Below are positions 18,903 to 29,260 of a stretch of 64,000 nucleotides of DNA, one piece after another; position 1 is the first letter of the stretch, and the number at the start of each line of letters is the position of its first letter. A model generated the notes under the pieces. That model did no database searches. It was given only the letters and a program-made list of their open reading frames with translations, and had not been told where the DNA came from. Location: positions 162,086-226,085 of the forward strand of contig JAZKFH010000019.1 of the NCBI GenBank assembly GCA_040386535.1, read 5' to 3'. The translations under genes and the position numbers were made by a program. This DNA comes from Myxococcota bacterium (GTDB lineage: Bacteria > Myxococcota_A > UBA796 > SXON01).

Positions 18903-18985
18903 CGCCGCCCCCCGTTGCGACGCGCGTCGGGGTGCCGCTCTACCCCTCGTCGGTTTTCTGGCCGCTGGGGCTCGTTGTGCGCGAA
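18903..18985 (+). repeat. Copy 2 of the bipartite intergenic repeat
   Basis: Block A at ~18903-18944 and exact 19-mer at 18967-18985. Confidence 0.75.
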
Positions 18986-19057
18986 GCGGCGCGCGCCCCA
19001 TGGAGCGTACGAGCCCACCCGCCGGGACCGTGGTACCCTCAACTGCGAGAGGTGTTC

Positions 19058-19363
19058 ATGGCGGCGAAGGTTGGAAAAGGCGGCAATGCGGTGGTTCAGG
19101 ACCTCGGCGCTGGGCGCAAGCTCTCGGTGACAGCGACGCCGGCCGGGCCGCGGGCGGCGGTGCACGAGGGCGGCGTTACCCGCGCCGTGGATCCGCGTGC
19201 CTACGGGGTTGAGAAGGTGTCGGGAAGCGCTGTGGGCGGCGGGAACACCCGCGTGACCCTCAAGGCCACGGATGGGACCGCCACTGATTTCACCACCACC
19301 AAGGGCGGGCGCCAAGCCGACGAGGTGGTCCACAACGGGCCGAACTCGAAGCCGAAGAAGTAG
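19058..19363 (+). CDS. Small basic Gly/Thr-rich hypothetical protein
   Basis: GAGAGGTG RBS before ATG 19058; biased codon use. Confidence 0.65.
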   Translation: MAAKVGKGGNAVVQDLGAGRKLSVTATPAGPRAAVHEGGVTRAVDPRAYGVEKVSGSAVGGGNTRVTLKATDGTATDFTTTKGGRQADEVVHNGPNSKPKK

Positions 19364-19483
19364 CCCCCGCCGCGTCGCCCCTCGGCCCGTCCGCCGCGCG
19401 GCCCTCCTGGGCGCACCCCGCCGCGCCAGGCGCCCGTCTCGAGGAGGCGGCGAAGAGTGCAAGCGCCCCGCCGCGGACGTCTG

Positions 19484-20271
19484 CTACCGCGAGACGGTAC
19501 ACCCCGAGAGCATCATCTCGTACCAGTCAACCTCGGTGGACACGCTAAACGGTGCGCCCTTGCTCAGCGTAAAGACCGCCTCAGTGTTGACGCACAGGTC
19601 GGCAAAGGAGCGCGCTTCGCAGAAGACGCCCGGCACCGTGCTCGTCGCCGATACGAACTTGCCCTCAGCGATCTTGACCCTTTGCTGCCCGTATTCCTGG
19701 TGTTGTCCGCCGTCTTCAATGACGTAGATGATCAAGGTACCGTCCCCCTGGGCTGCTTGGCCGGGCGGGACCTTTAGGGCTTTGGCCGGCTGCGGAGCCT
19801 TGATCGCGTGCTCGCGGGTGCCGTCGGGGTCGCAGACCATGATGGACTGCATCGTCACCCGCTTCTTCGCGGCCGCGAGCTTCTCCTCGGCGAGACGAAC
19901 CTCAACAGGCGCGGCATCGAAGGTCAAGAGGCATTCGGTCGAGTATCCCCCTTCGGACTCCAAAACATCCCGTGTTGAACGCGAATGAACCCCCCGCGCT
20001 CCAGGGCGCCGCGCTTGAGGCCCTTGGTTTCGAGGTACCCCTCGGCCGCGAACGACCAGCTTGATACGGTAAACCCCGGCGGGGGCGCCAGCCCGCTCGG
20101 GTCGTACGTCGGCTCCTTCCCCCCCTCGACGATGGACACGATCACCTCGTCGGAGCCGGGATCCACGGATACCACCGGATGTACGTTCAGGTCGATTAAA
20201 GCACCATCTTTGCATTCTGGCGGGGTAGCCGCCGACGCGGCGGCGATGAGGAGCAGGGCGGGCATCGACAA
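19484..20271 (-). pseudogene. Secreted protein split by a probable frameshift at a G5 run (or a sequencing error)
   Basis: Signal-peptide ORF 20271-19924 joins the 19484 frame if one G is added at 19947-19951, giving ..WSPKGGYSTECLLTF.. Confidence 0.55.
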
Positions 20272-20405
20272 CGGGGACTCCGGACGTCCGGCCGACTATC
20301 GCGCACAACGCCCGCGGGTGGGCTGTCGCGGCGATGAGGCAGGCCGCTTACCCCGCCCCGCGTGGCGCATCCTCGTCGTGAGCTGGTGTATCCTCGCGCT
20401 ACGAG

Positions 20406-21179
20406 GTGCCAGTGTCGGAGCGCATTACGGAAATCGTTGAAGTGCTTGCACATATTCGCTCGGGAGTGCCCGACCCGGCCCCGACGCCGCGCGACGTCGC
20501 CGCGGCGCGAGTCAAGGCCACGCGCCATGTCGCCGCGGTGCGCGGGATCGCCGAGGACACCGTGCGCGACAAGTACTCACGCCAGCTCGCTCCGGACATC
20601 TTCCATGTGCCCGCCTTCGAGCGGGCCGTGCACGCGTGGCTTCTCGGTCGGGATGAGGGGTTGCGCCGCGCCATGGAGGCGCACTCGGTAGACGACGAAG
20701 ATCGCAAGCGCATCGCCGCGCTTTTCGGCTCGGACGCCATCGTCGTTAACCTCGACAACGCCCCGGATCTTCCGGGCGATGACCCCGATACCGATCCCGA
20801 ACTTCCGCGCACGGAGGGCCGCCGCGTGACGCGGAGCCACCTGATCATCGAGCGCAACCGGAACGTCGTCCGCCAAGCGAAGGCGGCCTGGGAGGCCGCG
20901 GGGACCCTTCGATGCGAGACGTGCGGGTTCGACTTCGCTTCCGCCTATGGCGCGATCGGCGCCGGCTTCATCGAGGCCCACCACCGCCACCCATTGAGCC
21001 TGCAACACGGGCTGGTCGAGGTGCGCACGTCCGACCTCGTGCCGCTATGCGCCAACTGCCACCGCATGATCCACGTCTGCCCGGACTATTCGTTGGATCG
21101 GCTACGCTCGATCATCGTAGCGAGCGGCGGACCGGCGACCGGCTGGGCGTGGGGTAAGTTGTCGAATAGCGGGGGGTAG
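20406..21179 (+). CDS. McrA-like HNH endonuclease
   Basis: EGRRVTRSHLIIERN..CETCGFDF..YG.IG.GFIEAHH..PL..DLVPLCANCHRMIH. Confidence 0.9.
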   Translation: MPVSERITEIVEVLAHIRSGVPDPAPTPRDVAAARVKATRHVAAVRGIAEDTVRDKYSRQLAPDIFHVPAFERAVHAWLLGRDEGLRRAMEAHSVDDEDRKRIAALFGSDAIVVNLDNAPDLPGDDPDTDPELPRTEGRRVTRSHLIIERNRNVVRQAKAAWEAAGTLRCETCGFDFASAYGAIGAGFIEAHHRHPLSLQHGLVEVRTSDLVPLCANCHRMIHVCPDYSLDRLRSIIVASGGPATGWAWGKLSNSGG

Positions 21180-21328
21180 GCACCACGCCCCCGATCTGGC
21201 CCGTGCCCCCTGGGCGCTGCACGCCGCCGCTCCCCGGTACGCGGTGCGGCCCGAGTCGGAAGCGCGGCGCATCCCTGAGGATGTGCGCGCACCGCGCTAC
21301 GGGCTGCCCGAGCGAGGTTAGGCGGCGT

Positions 21329-22217
21329 GATGGGCCCCCGATCCCTCGCCGCTGCCGACGCGCTGATCCCCGACGCACTTGTCGATACCGGCCGCGTAGT
21401 GGCTTACGTTGCGAACTTCTTGTCCGCCGTCGAGCGGGGGGCGTTCCGTCGCGGCGGGGAACCCGTGCCCGAAGCCATGCTGATCCTGGCGGAGGACATG
21501 TTTGTCTTGTCGCTCGTCTGTCCCGACGGGTTTGGCTGGCACGAACGCCGCCGGCTGACCGGTTTAGTTGCGGACGGCGCCGCTGGCGCTTGGCTCGATA
21601 GCGGAAATGCACGCGTGGGCGCGATCCAAGCGTTGAGCCTATCTTTCGGCGGCCCTCAGGTGATGCCGATGGGCATGCCGCATCTGCTCCTAAACCCCGA
21701 AATCGACGCGCGAGGGCGGCTAATCCTGTATCTGGCCTTGAGCGGCCCGATCGCCTGGTCGGCCGCGTGGCGGGAGGTGACCACCCTGGCGCTCGCTCCG
21801 GATCGAATGTACGCGGATCTACTTGTCCTGTTGCACTTGTCTATGCGCTACGCTGAGAAGGATCAGCAATGGCGTTGGTGCAACGGGGTGGCTGGTCTCA
21901 CGTCGCATGCCGTGCGGACGTACGTACAGCCGTTGCTCGCTGGTAACGCAGTCTCGAACCCCCTCTATGAGGCGGCGCGAAGCATGGTGTTTGGAGGAAT
22001 GGACGCCGTAGCGCAGCGCGTCCACGATACGCCGCTGTTGCCCCCAGGAGAAGACGGCGAGCAGCTTTCGCTTCTGCGCCGGCACCACGCGCTGTTGCGA
22101 AAACGTGCCGCCATCGAAACGTTGGAAGCACAACCGTTTTTTCGCCCTACCTTCTGTTGGGGCGAGTTGCGCCCGTTTGATCCGGACCATCCGGCAGATC
22201 GTCGTCGGGGCCACTGA
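21329..22217 (+). CDS. Hypothetical protein (start approximate)
   Basis: ~296-aa ORF with protein-like composition; no motif recognised. Confidence 0.55.
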
Positions 22218-22470
22218 CCGTTCGGTCCGCGACGGTCAAATCGGGTTCGCCGGGCGCCATCGACCGCGCCAAGCGCTTTACCAATCCCGCGCGCGCGGGG
22301 GGAAGTACGCCGTGCTCGCCGATGTACGCGAGCGCGAGCCGGACCCCGCGCCGTGCCAGCTCCGAAGCCGAGATTTCATAGTCAATCCCGGCGTGACGCA
22401 GTTTACGCCAGAGGGGCACGGGCATCTCGATCTCCACGCGGCGGTGGCGTACGCGCTCTCGTTTTTTCAT
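22147..22470 (-). CDS. Probable ribbon-helix-helix DNA-binding protein
   Basis: RRVEIEMPVPLWRKLRHAGIDYEISASELARRGVRLAL fits a beta-helix-helix pattern. Confidence 0.5.
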   Translation of the reverse strand: MKKRERVRHRRVEIEMPVPLWRKLRHAGIDYEISASELARRGVRLALAYIGEHGVLPPARAGLVKRLARSMAPGEPDLTVADRTVSGPDDDLPDGPDQTGATRPNRR

Positions 22471-22491
22471 GCCACAAGTGTAGCCCGTACG

Positions 22492-22516
22492 CCCGTAACA
22501 GGGGGGGCGTTACGGG
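22492..22516. promoter_or_regulatory. Inverted repeat CCCGTAAC-N9-GTTACGGG upstream of the RHH gene; candidate operator
   Basis: Perfect 8-bp arms in a divergent intergenic region. Confidence 0.45.
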
Positions 22517-22652
22517 TTTCAGGGGCCCCCGAGTTTACCGGATCCGCCGCGCTACTCCGGGCCGCGGCGCTGGCCGGCGCGCCTCGCCCGAGCGATTGTA
22601 GGTGTGCGGGTCGGCTCGTTTGTGTAGCGGGCCCCCAAACCAAGGAGACAAC

Positions 22653-22823
22653 ATGGCACGTCGGAATAGTGGCGCGGCGCTCGCGGATGACTCGTTTATG
22701 GACGCGGAAGGCGTGGAGTGGACTGAGGTTGACGAGGATGAGGCCGCGGAGCTTGAGGAATCGGGGGCTGAGGTGCTCCTGATTGCGCGCGCAACGGACG
22801 TCGAAGACGACGAGGACGAGTAG
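22653..22823 (+). CDS. Very acidic 56-aa small protein
   Basis: AAGGAGA RBS; MARRNSGAALADDSFMDAEGVEWTEVDEDEAAELEESGAEVLLIARATDVEDDEDE. Confidence 0.6.
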   Translation: MARRNSGAALADDSFMDAEGVEWTEVDEDEAAELEESGAEVLLIARATDVEDDEDE

Positions 22824-23061
22824 TTCGACGCGGGCGCGACCGACGACGACGACACGCGCGCGCCGAGCCGCGCGCGTGTCCGCTCCCACCGGCATCGGGC
22901 AGGGCTCGCAGCTCGGCAACTTGAAGGCATCGCGGGCTGCTCCGCTCGGAACCGGCGTCGTTCAGCTCGTCCCGGCCGGTCAGGCCGGGCCGGCGGGCGG
23001 CGGGCGCGCACCTCACCCGCTCACTCCCCCGCTCCTCGTCCGAGCCGGCCCCAGTCCGGCG

Positions 23062-23910
23062 CTATGCGGCCGGGACGTCGAGGACTCCGGATTCCAGAAA
23101 CCATGGGTCGCGCGCAAGGGCGTCATAAAGCGCGCCGTTCCAGTTGTTTACTCGGGGGGTCAGGCGGCTCTCCGCCTCATCCTCAAGATAGTCGCGAAGC
23201 CCGGCAAATCCGCTACCCCGGCGCAGCCCGAGTAGGCGCTCACGAATCAGCGTTAGCTCCTCGGCGGCGTGTGTGGAGAACAGCGCCGCGAGTCCGAATG
23301 CCACCATGTGAGCTTCAACTCGGCGGGCAAGATCCAGCGCCATGCCGATCGGTGGGTCAACGAAGTACTCGATCACCACCGGACTACAGCGCGTAACTCT
23401 CGCGTAAAGCCAACGTAGCGACGTGATATCATCGAAGTAGGGATGGATCGTGTTCTCGTCGGAGATCGTTCCAACTTTCGCCTGTTTCGTTTTGTTGCAA
23501 TCAGCGCACGCGGGGATGAGATTTCGCGGATGAACGCTTAGTGAAGGGTATTTTGATTTTGGAAGGTAGTGGTCCAGAGTAGAGACGACCCGCTGACCGC
23601 ACAGGGGGCAGATCCTGGCGGCGCTACGGAGACGGTCATAGACCGGGCGGCCTGGTCCATCCGCAAGCTTGTCAGAATAGAGCGCCTTCATCTCGTCATT
23701 CGTAACGGTGATGGCGCCCTCGTTGACGTCCCGCCTCGCAACTACCAGATGGTAATCGGCGCTGGGCGCTTTAGCATCAAAAGAAGCCGCATCATCAGCT
23801 ACGGTCAACTCGATGGCGATAAGTCTCGCGTTGCGATCGCCCGAATAGCCGGCCGCGCATAGCCGGTAGATATCGAGGGGATCATCGACCGGCGCGGCGA
23901 CCGTACGCAT
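23062..23910 (-). CDS. HNH endonuclease, PtuB/Septu-like partner of the upstream ATPase
   Basis: CPLCG..TLDHYLPKSKYP.LSV.P.NLIPACADCNK; start overlaps the ATPase stop (TAATG). Confidence 0.85.
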   Translation of the reverse strand: MRTVAAPVDDPLDIYRLCAAGYSGDRNARLIAIELTVADDAASFDAKAPSADYHLVVARRDVNEGAITVTNDEMKALYSDKLADGPGRPVYDRLRSAARICPLCGQRVVSTLDHYLPKSKYPSLSVHPRNLIPACADCNKTKQAKVGTISDENTIHPYFDDITSLRWLYARVTRCSPVVIEYFVDPPIGMALDLARRVEAHMVAFGLAALFSTHAAEELTLIRERLLGLRRGSGFAGLRDYLEDEAESRLTPRVNNWNGALYDALARDPWFLESGVLDVPAA

Positions 23911-25496
23911 TATCGTTCTCCCGTCGGCGTATGCTTACGATGAATCATCGCACGCAGGATTGCTCGTGCCTCCGCGCCCAGTTGACCATTGAAGTATGCG
24001 AGTGCGTCCGGGTAGGTATCCGCGCCGTCCGCTGCGTCCTGTAACAGGCGGTGGAAGCCAGAGGTCGTCACTTCCAACCCGAACACCTCCGAGGTCAAGG
24101 TGCCTACGTTTTCGCCGAACGTTTCAACCTCTGGGCGCTCGGCATGCACGAAGTCGCCGGTTCGGCGGATTACCCAAACGCAGGATTTTGGGGTCTCTTG
24201 CAGGATTACTGGCGAGTGGGTAGCGATGATGGCCACTCCATTTCGGTTGGCCAGCAACTGGCTGAGACTCCGAATAAACGCTGACAAGAGAGGCGGGTGG
24301 AGATGTGCCTCCGGCTCGTCGAGCAGCACCAAGGTCTGCTCATCGACGGCCTCAATCAGGCGTGTGATCGTCAGGAGCACAACCTTATGGCCCGAGCTCA
24401 GCCCCGCAAACAGCTCTCCCGCCTTCGCGCCAACGGATCCCGACTCCTCATCGGCGAGGGCCACGATCCGTTCGTCAGCAAACAAGGGGTCACTGAGAAG
24501 GGACTCAAGGGCGACCCTCCACCGGTCCCGCCGCGCCCCAACGAGACACTCCCTCGCGGCGTTCACAAAGTCGTCCTGCAACTCATCTATGGTCTTGGGT
24601 GGCGTGTCGGCGATCGACTGCCCAACTGAGGGATGTCGTTTCAGGCCAATGTAGTAGTACGGTACCTCGAAGGGTCTTTCCTTGGATTCGGCAAGCGGCC
24701 CAAACGGATCGAATGCGCTAAACGAAAGCGACACGACGCGAGAAAACGAGGTCACGCTGTGCGCGTGGGGGTCGGAATAAAAAGTTCCATTCGCCGCGTG
24801 GCGCCGCACTTCCTCCTTCCTGCCTTTCTTCCTGTCTGTCGCGTTGGCTGTGTCGCCCCATACGACACTGTGCGTCAAGCTATCCAGGCAGCGCGTCTTT
24901 CCTACGCCGTTGCTTCCAATAAGCACATGAACGTTGGTGGGAGGTTTCGACAGCGGCGAGACTGCGAAGTCCAGGCGTGCGGCGGCAATCTCCGGGGACC
25001 GCACGGGCAGCGAGAACGAGAAGCGGTAAGGTGTTAGGGCCGCTTCTCCGCGAGCCAAGCGCCCAAGCTTGCTCCGCACGACCTGCTCCGGCACTGAACG
25101 AAACAACGACTCGGTAGTCACACGCTCTGTGCTTGCACGTTCAAGGAGCGCCGGGTCGGCCGCCAGGTCCCGGAGTGCCCACAGTATGCGAATCCGGAAA
25201 GCGGGCGGCAGCCGGTTGAGGGTCTCATAATAGTTCTCACCCTGGCCCAACGAAAACTGATCATCGCGCAACCTATCGAACTGCGGCGGTACGTCCGCGG
25301 AACGGGCCCCCTTTGGCATCGCAAACTGTCCAATCTTCACCGACCCCGGCTCGTGCTGGGTGCTGTTGCCGTCGAAAACGATGAGGTCGAACTGAGTCTT
25401 GAACTCGCGCCAGTCGTTCCAGTTGTCTGTCCTGAGGTAACAGATGTTTGGAGCGGGCGTCGCGGTCGCGCGCGCCGATAGGACTGTGAAGAGCAT
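23910..25496 (-). CDS. ABC-family (AAA_21) ATPase, PtuA/Septu-like
   Basis: GSNGVGKT Walker A, LSSGHK signature, LLDEPEAHLHP Walker B/D-loop, IATHSP H-loop. Confidence 0.9.
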   Translation of the reverse strand: MLFTVLSARATATPAPNICYLRTDNWNDWREFKTQFDLIVFDGNSTQHEPGSVKIGQFAMPKGARSADVPPQFDRLRDDQFSLGQGENYYETLNRLPPAFRIRILWALRDLAADPALLERASTERVTTESLFRSVPEQVVRSKLGRLARGEAALTPYRFSFSLPVRSPEIAAARLDFAVSPLSKPPTNVHVLIGSNGVGKTRCLDSLTHSVVWGDTANATDRKKGRKEEVRRHAANGTFYSDPHAHSVTSFSRVVSLSFSAFDPFGPLAESKERPFEVPYYYIGLKRHPSVGQSIADTPPKTIDELQDDFVNAARECLVGARRDRWRVALESLLSDPLFADERIVALADEESGSVGAKAGELFAGLSSGHKVVLLTITRLIEAVDEQTLVLLDEPEAHLHPPLLSAFIRSLSQLLANRNGVAIIATHSPVILQETPKSCVWVIRRTGDFVHAERPEVETFGENVGTLTSEVFGLEVTTSGFHRLLQDAADGADTYPDALAYFNGQLGAEARAILRAMIHRKHTPTGER

Positions 25497-25953
25497 AAGA
25501 GCCTCGCTAACGGGGGCGCCTAACCGACGCGGCTCGGGGAGCCACGGCGCCAGCGAAGATTCCCTCCATGCCGGACGACGGGACCATTTGGCATCGGCGG
25601 TTGGGGTTGGAGCGCGCCGGGCGCGATACCATCCTGCTTAGACGTGCACCCCGTTAGGCCCCGCGACGCCGTGGATGTCGGGCGCATCCTCCGCATCGAG
25701 CGCACCCAGCAACGCGATCCCCCGTGCGTACGCGTCCGCCTGGAGCGCGAACAGGTCGAGCAGCGCGGCCTCTAAGGTCGCGCGTTCCTCTACCGCGCGC
25801 TGGTGTGCGAGCTGGGGGGCTTCGGGTTCCGGCGGGGTCGTGGGCATGCGCGTAGCGTAGCGCACGCGCTCGCGGCTCTTGCTGCTTACCGTAGGTCCGG
25901 GTCACGTCGAAGCCGGGCTCGCGGAGGCGTACGAGGCGGCAAATAGCCAGGTT

Positions 25954-25983
25954 CATGCCCGGGAATCTACATTCTCGGGCATG
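25954..25983. repeat. Inverted repeat (13-bp arms, 1 mismatch, 4-nt loop)
   Basis: catgcccgggaat-ctac-attctcgggcatg. Confidence 0.6.
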
Positions 25984-26708
25984 CCAAACAGCACGGTTAT
26001 ACCGGCATTATTTGCAAGCGGCAACAATCATGGCAGCCGACGGCGACGGGCCCGCGGGGTGCGCGGCGCGTAATCGATGGATGAACCACGCTTTGAGCGC
26101 ACTACACGATGCGCGCGCTACGCATGCTCGCCGCGAGCACGCACGCTGCGCGTACCCCGGTCGGGGGGGCGAGTCGAGAGTCGCAGCTGCATGCGCGGTT
26201 GAGCCCCGGCGCGCCAATCCAGACGGACTACGCGGGTAAGAGTGCGTACCAGGGGTCCCGTCCCTCTTCCTCGTCGGGGTCCTCGGGGTCGCCGCCGCGC
26301 TCGCGGGCGCTCGCTCGTGAGCCGTCGAGCTGGGCTACGCGGGCCTCGACCGCGAGGAGCGCCGCAAACAGGCACCACATCGCGGTCTGTTCGTCACCGG
26401 ATGCGGTGGCCGATCCTTCGGTATCTTCAAGCATACCGAGTGTACTGGCGGCCACGACGTGGGTCAAGGCGGAGCCTTGACGCGTCAATGGCTCGACGCA
26501 AATAAATATCCCGGCGGGCTACGAGGGCGTCACTCGGGGCACAACGGCGGGCATCCGGGCCGTCTCCCCGGAGCACGCGCGCCGTGCGTACCCGTGGCGG
26601 TCGCGGCGACCGTGTAGGAGGTATCCTGCGCGCCCTCGGAGCCGACGACATGACGAACCACCCGCGCGGAGTACGCCACCCCCACGAAGCCCCCAAGGGC
26701 GCTCGGTC

Positions 26709-27530
26709 GTGACGCTGGGCCTACCACGCACCACCGACCAGATCGCGGCGTGGCTGGGCGGCGAGCCCGTCAAGCAGCTCGCGGGGATCCGGACCTGGCA
26801 CGGGGGCGCCACCGTGGCGTACGCGCTGGAGCAGGTTGTCGAGCTGCCCGAGTCGGAGCGCGGGCGACGCTTTTTCGAGATCGTGAACGAGGCCAAGCGC
26901 GCGCGCCAGTCGGCCGGGATGTGGCCCAGAGCCAACTACCGCGATTGGTACCCCGCGGGCGTATGCGCGCCGGTCCTCACTCCCGAGGCCGGCGAGCCGA
27001 GCCACGCCGTCGGAGGGCAGGCCGACCGTGAACCGGGACGGTACGAGGCGGGAGACGGCGGCTCCGCCGACCCGACCGATCGCTTGGCGCTCGCGGAGAC
27101 GATCCTGGGCTACGTGTTTCGCGACAAATCCTTGTTGAAGTTGGCGTTGTCTTGCGCCTTCGCTTCGAGCGCGAACAATGATGCGCTCGCATGTCTCGGG
27201 GACCGCATATTCAACGCCTGGGCGGCGCGTAGGGTCTACGCGGGCGCCCCCGGCGCGAGCAAGGGCAAGTTGACCGATGCGATCAACTCGCTGTGCAAAG
27301 GCGACACCCAGGCCGCCGCGTTCTTGGCGCTCGGCCTCTATGCGCTGCTCACGGTCGGGGGCTCGGTGATTGGGCGGGGGGCCGTGATCAAGGTGGCGAA
27401 GGCGTCAACCGGGCTTGAGGCCATCGTCGCGGCCATCGAGATCGACGGGGGCGGGGAGGCCGCGGAGGCGTTCCTCGACCGCGCCTTCACCTCGCCCCTC
27501 GGATCCGCGCTCAAGGCGCTCGCTCCGTAG
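26709..27530 (+). CDS. Unknown N-terminal domain fused to a degenerate RNase III domain (no dsRBD)
   Basis: LGYVFRDKSLLKLAL..NNDALACLGD (cf. NERLEFLGD)..GKLTD..LGL..ASTGLEAIVAAIEIDGG (cf. ADxxEAxxGAxYLDxG). Confidence 0.75.
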   Translation: MTLGLPRTTDQIAAWLGGEPVKQLAGIRTWHGGATVAYALEQVVELPESERGRRFFEIVNEAKRARQSAGMWPRANYRDWYPAGVCAPVLTPEAGEPSHAVGGQADREPGRYEAGDGGSADPTDRLALAETILGYVFRDKSLLKLALSCAFASSANNDALACLGDRIFNAWAARRVYAGAPGASKGKLTDAINSLCKGDTQAAAFLALGLYALLTVGGSVIGRGAVIKVAKASTGLEAIVAAIEIDGGGEAAEAFLDRAFTSPLGSALKALAP

Positions 27531-27619
27531 CATCGGCGCGGCGGCCACGGCGGCGGTCGCTCGCGACCAAACCGCACTTCGCGCCGCGCGTGGTAGCGTT
27601 GCGACTGGCGGAGAGCTTC

Positions 27620-28435
27620 ATGTCTCGGTTCATCGGCATTGACTTTAGCGGCAGCGCGCCCCGGTGGGCGGCGCGCGCGACCCGTACGAACGTCTGGATC
27701 GCGTATCTCAGCGATGATGAGCGCCCGCGCCTTACCGGCCTCATCCCCGTCCAGCAGCTTCCGGGCGACGGCGCACCCTTCGATCGCCTCGCGGCGATGC
27801 TGGCGAAGGGCGACTTCGACGCGGCGGCGATCGATGCCCCGTTCGCCGTCCCCTCGGAGTACGCCCCGGCGGGCGGTTGGCCGGCGCTTCTGGCGCTGGT
27901 GGGGAACCTCCCACATGAAAAGCGGCCGTTTCCCCGAGGCGATGCGCTCGTGCAAGCCCTAATGGGGCCCGACGGCGGGCAGGGCCGCAAGTCGTACCGC
28001 GCGACCGAGAAGCACTGGATCCAACAGGGGGTAAACGTCCGCTCCACCCTTTGGAACGGCCCGCGGGGCGGATCGCCGTTTACGGTCGCGGCGCTCTACC
28101 TCCTCGCGCGTGCGGCGCGCCCGGTGTGGCCCTGGCAGCACGGCCCAGGAATGCTGGTCGAGGCGTTCCCGGCCGCGCAGCTCCGCGCGTGGGGCCTGGC
28201 TCACCAGGGGTACAACGGCGACACGGCGGCGGCGAAGAAGGCGCGCGCCGCGATCGTGGTCCACCTGGCGGGCAAGGTTGACCTCGGCGCCCACGTCGCG
28301 GCGGTGCGCGGCAACGCAGACGCGCTCGACGCGTTGCTATGCGCGTTCGCCGCGCGCGCCGCGTGGAACGGTACAACCCCGACGCCGGGCGTCCTCGCGT
28401 CCATCGAGGGGGAGATCGCCGTCGAGCCAGGGTAG
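27620..28435 (+). CDS. DUF429 family protein (RNase H-like fold, predicted nuclease)
   Basis: FIGIDFSG, AAIDAPF, R.TE, VEAFPAA and DALDALLCA motifs. Confidence 0.85.
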   Translation: MSRFIGIDFSGSAPRWAARATRTNVWIAYLSDDERPRLTGLIPVQQLPGDGAPFDRLAAMLAKGDFDAAAIDAPFAVPSEYAPAGGWPALLALVGNLPHEKRPFPRGDALVQALMGPDGGQGRKSYRATEKHWIQQGVNVRSTLWNGPRGGSPFTVAALYLLARAARPVWPWQHGPGMLVEAFPAAQLRAWGLAHQGYNGDTAAAKKARAAIVVHLAGKVDLGAHVAAVRGNADALDALLCAFAARAAWNGTTPTPGVLASIEGEIAVEPG

Positions 28436-28485
28436 CGGGCGGCGCGCCGTCGCGGAGGCTGTGGCGCATCCGTTAGGTGCCGGCG

Positions 28486-29037
28486 ATGCCTGATCCCCAT
28501 CGTTTGGTCTTCGCCGTAGACGGCGCGCGTGACCTCCTGCGACGGACGGGCCTCTCCGGCGCCGAGCGGGATCCAGCGTGGCAAGCGGGCATGGCCGCGG
28601 CCATGCTGGCCGACGCGTGCGCGCTGCTCCAGCAATACGGTTACCGCGCCTCCGAGCGCTCCGGTCCTGATACACCGCTCGCCCGCGAGACGCGCGTCTG
28701 GACATTTTCGCGGGCTACGGGTCGGGTCCCGGCGAGCGACGCGGAGACGCTGTTCATGGAGGTCGGCGTGCAAGGCGAGCTGCTGGCCTGGAAGTACCAC
28801 CCCGGAGACGGCGACCCTGACGACGACCGCGACTACTGCCGAAAACCCAGCGTGGACGCCGTTGCCGCACCCGTTGGGGTGATCTTCGATCACGTCACGC
28901 GGGAGGTGCTCGGCGCCGAGTTCCGTCGCGGCGACGGGCAGCCGTTCCGCGACCTTGACAACGGAGCTGGCGCGGCGCGCCGCTTCTCCCCGTTGGAGAC
29001 CTTGATCAGCTTCATCGTGCAGTACGCGCCGAGGTAG
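28486..29037 (+). CDS. Hypothetical protein
   Basis: Co-directional ORF with coding-like composition. Confidence 0.55.
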   Translation: MPDPHRLVFAVDGARDLLRRTGLSGAERDPAWQAGMAAAMLADACALLQQYGYRASERSGPDTPLARETRVWTFSRATGRVPASDAETLFMEVGVQGELLAWKYHPGDGDPDDDRDYCRKPSVDAVAAPVGVIFDHVTREVLGAEFRRGDGQPFRDLDNGAGAARRFSPLETLISFIVQYAPR

Positions 29038-29260
29038 CGGGCCGTCCGTCGGCCGGGGGTGGCGCACAGCGCCATTCCTCGGAAGCCAGGACCGCGACGC
29101 CGGACCCCGCGCGCATTCCGCGAGCGACCAGGTAGGTTGTACGGGGTGCTGACGGCCTTTCTCGGCAAGAGGCGGCTAAAGCTCTGCACCTCGAAGGGGC
29201 AGTGCGACGACGGAGGGTCCCCGATCCTGTGCTACCTTCGGCCCCGGAGGAAGAGTACGG

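Noticed and set aside
25638..26488. Two short minus-strand ORFs (75 and 86 aa)
   Set aside because: Plausible but no motif or clear RBS; not supportable from sequence alone
23062..26700. Retron with PtuAB effectors
   Set aside because: No reverse transcriptase in the window; one hairpin is not enough to call msr-msd
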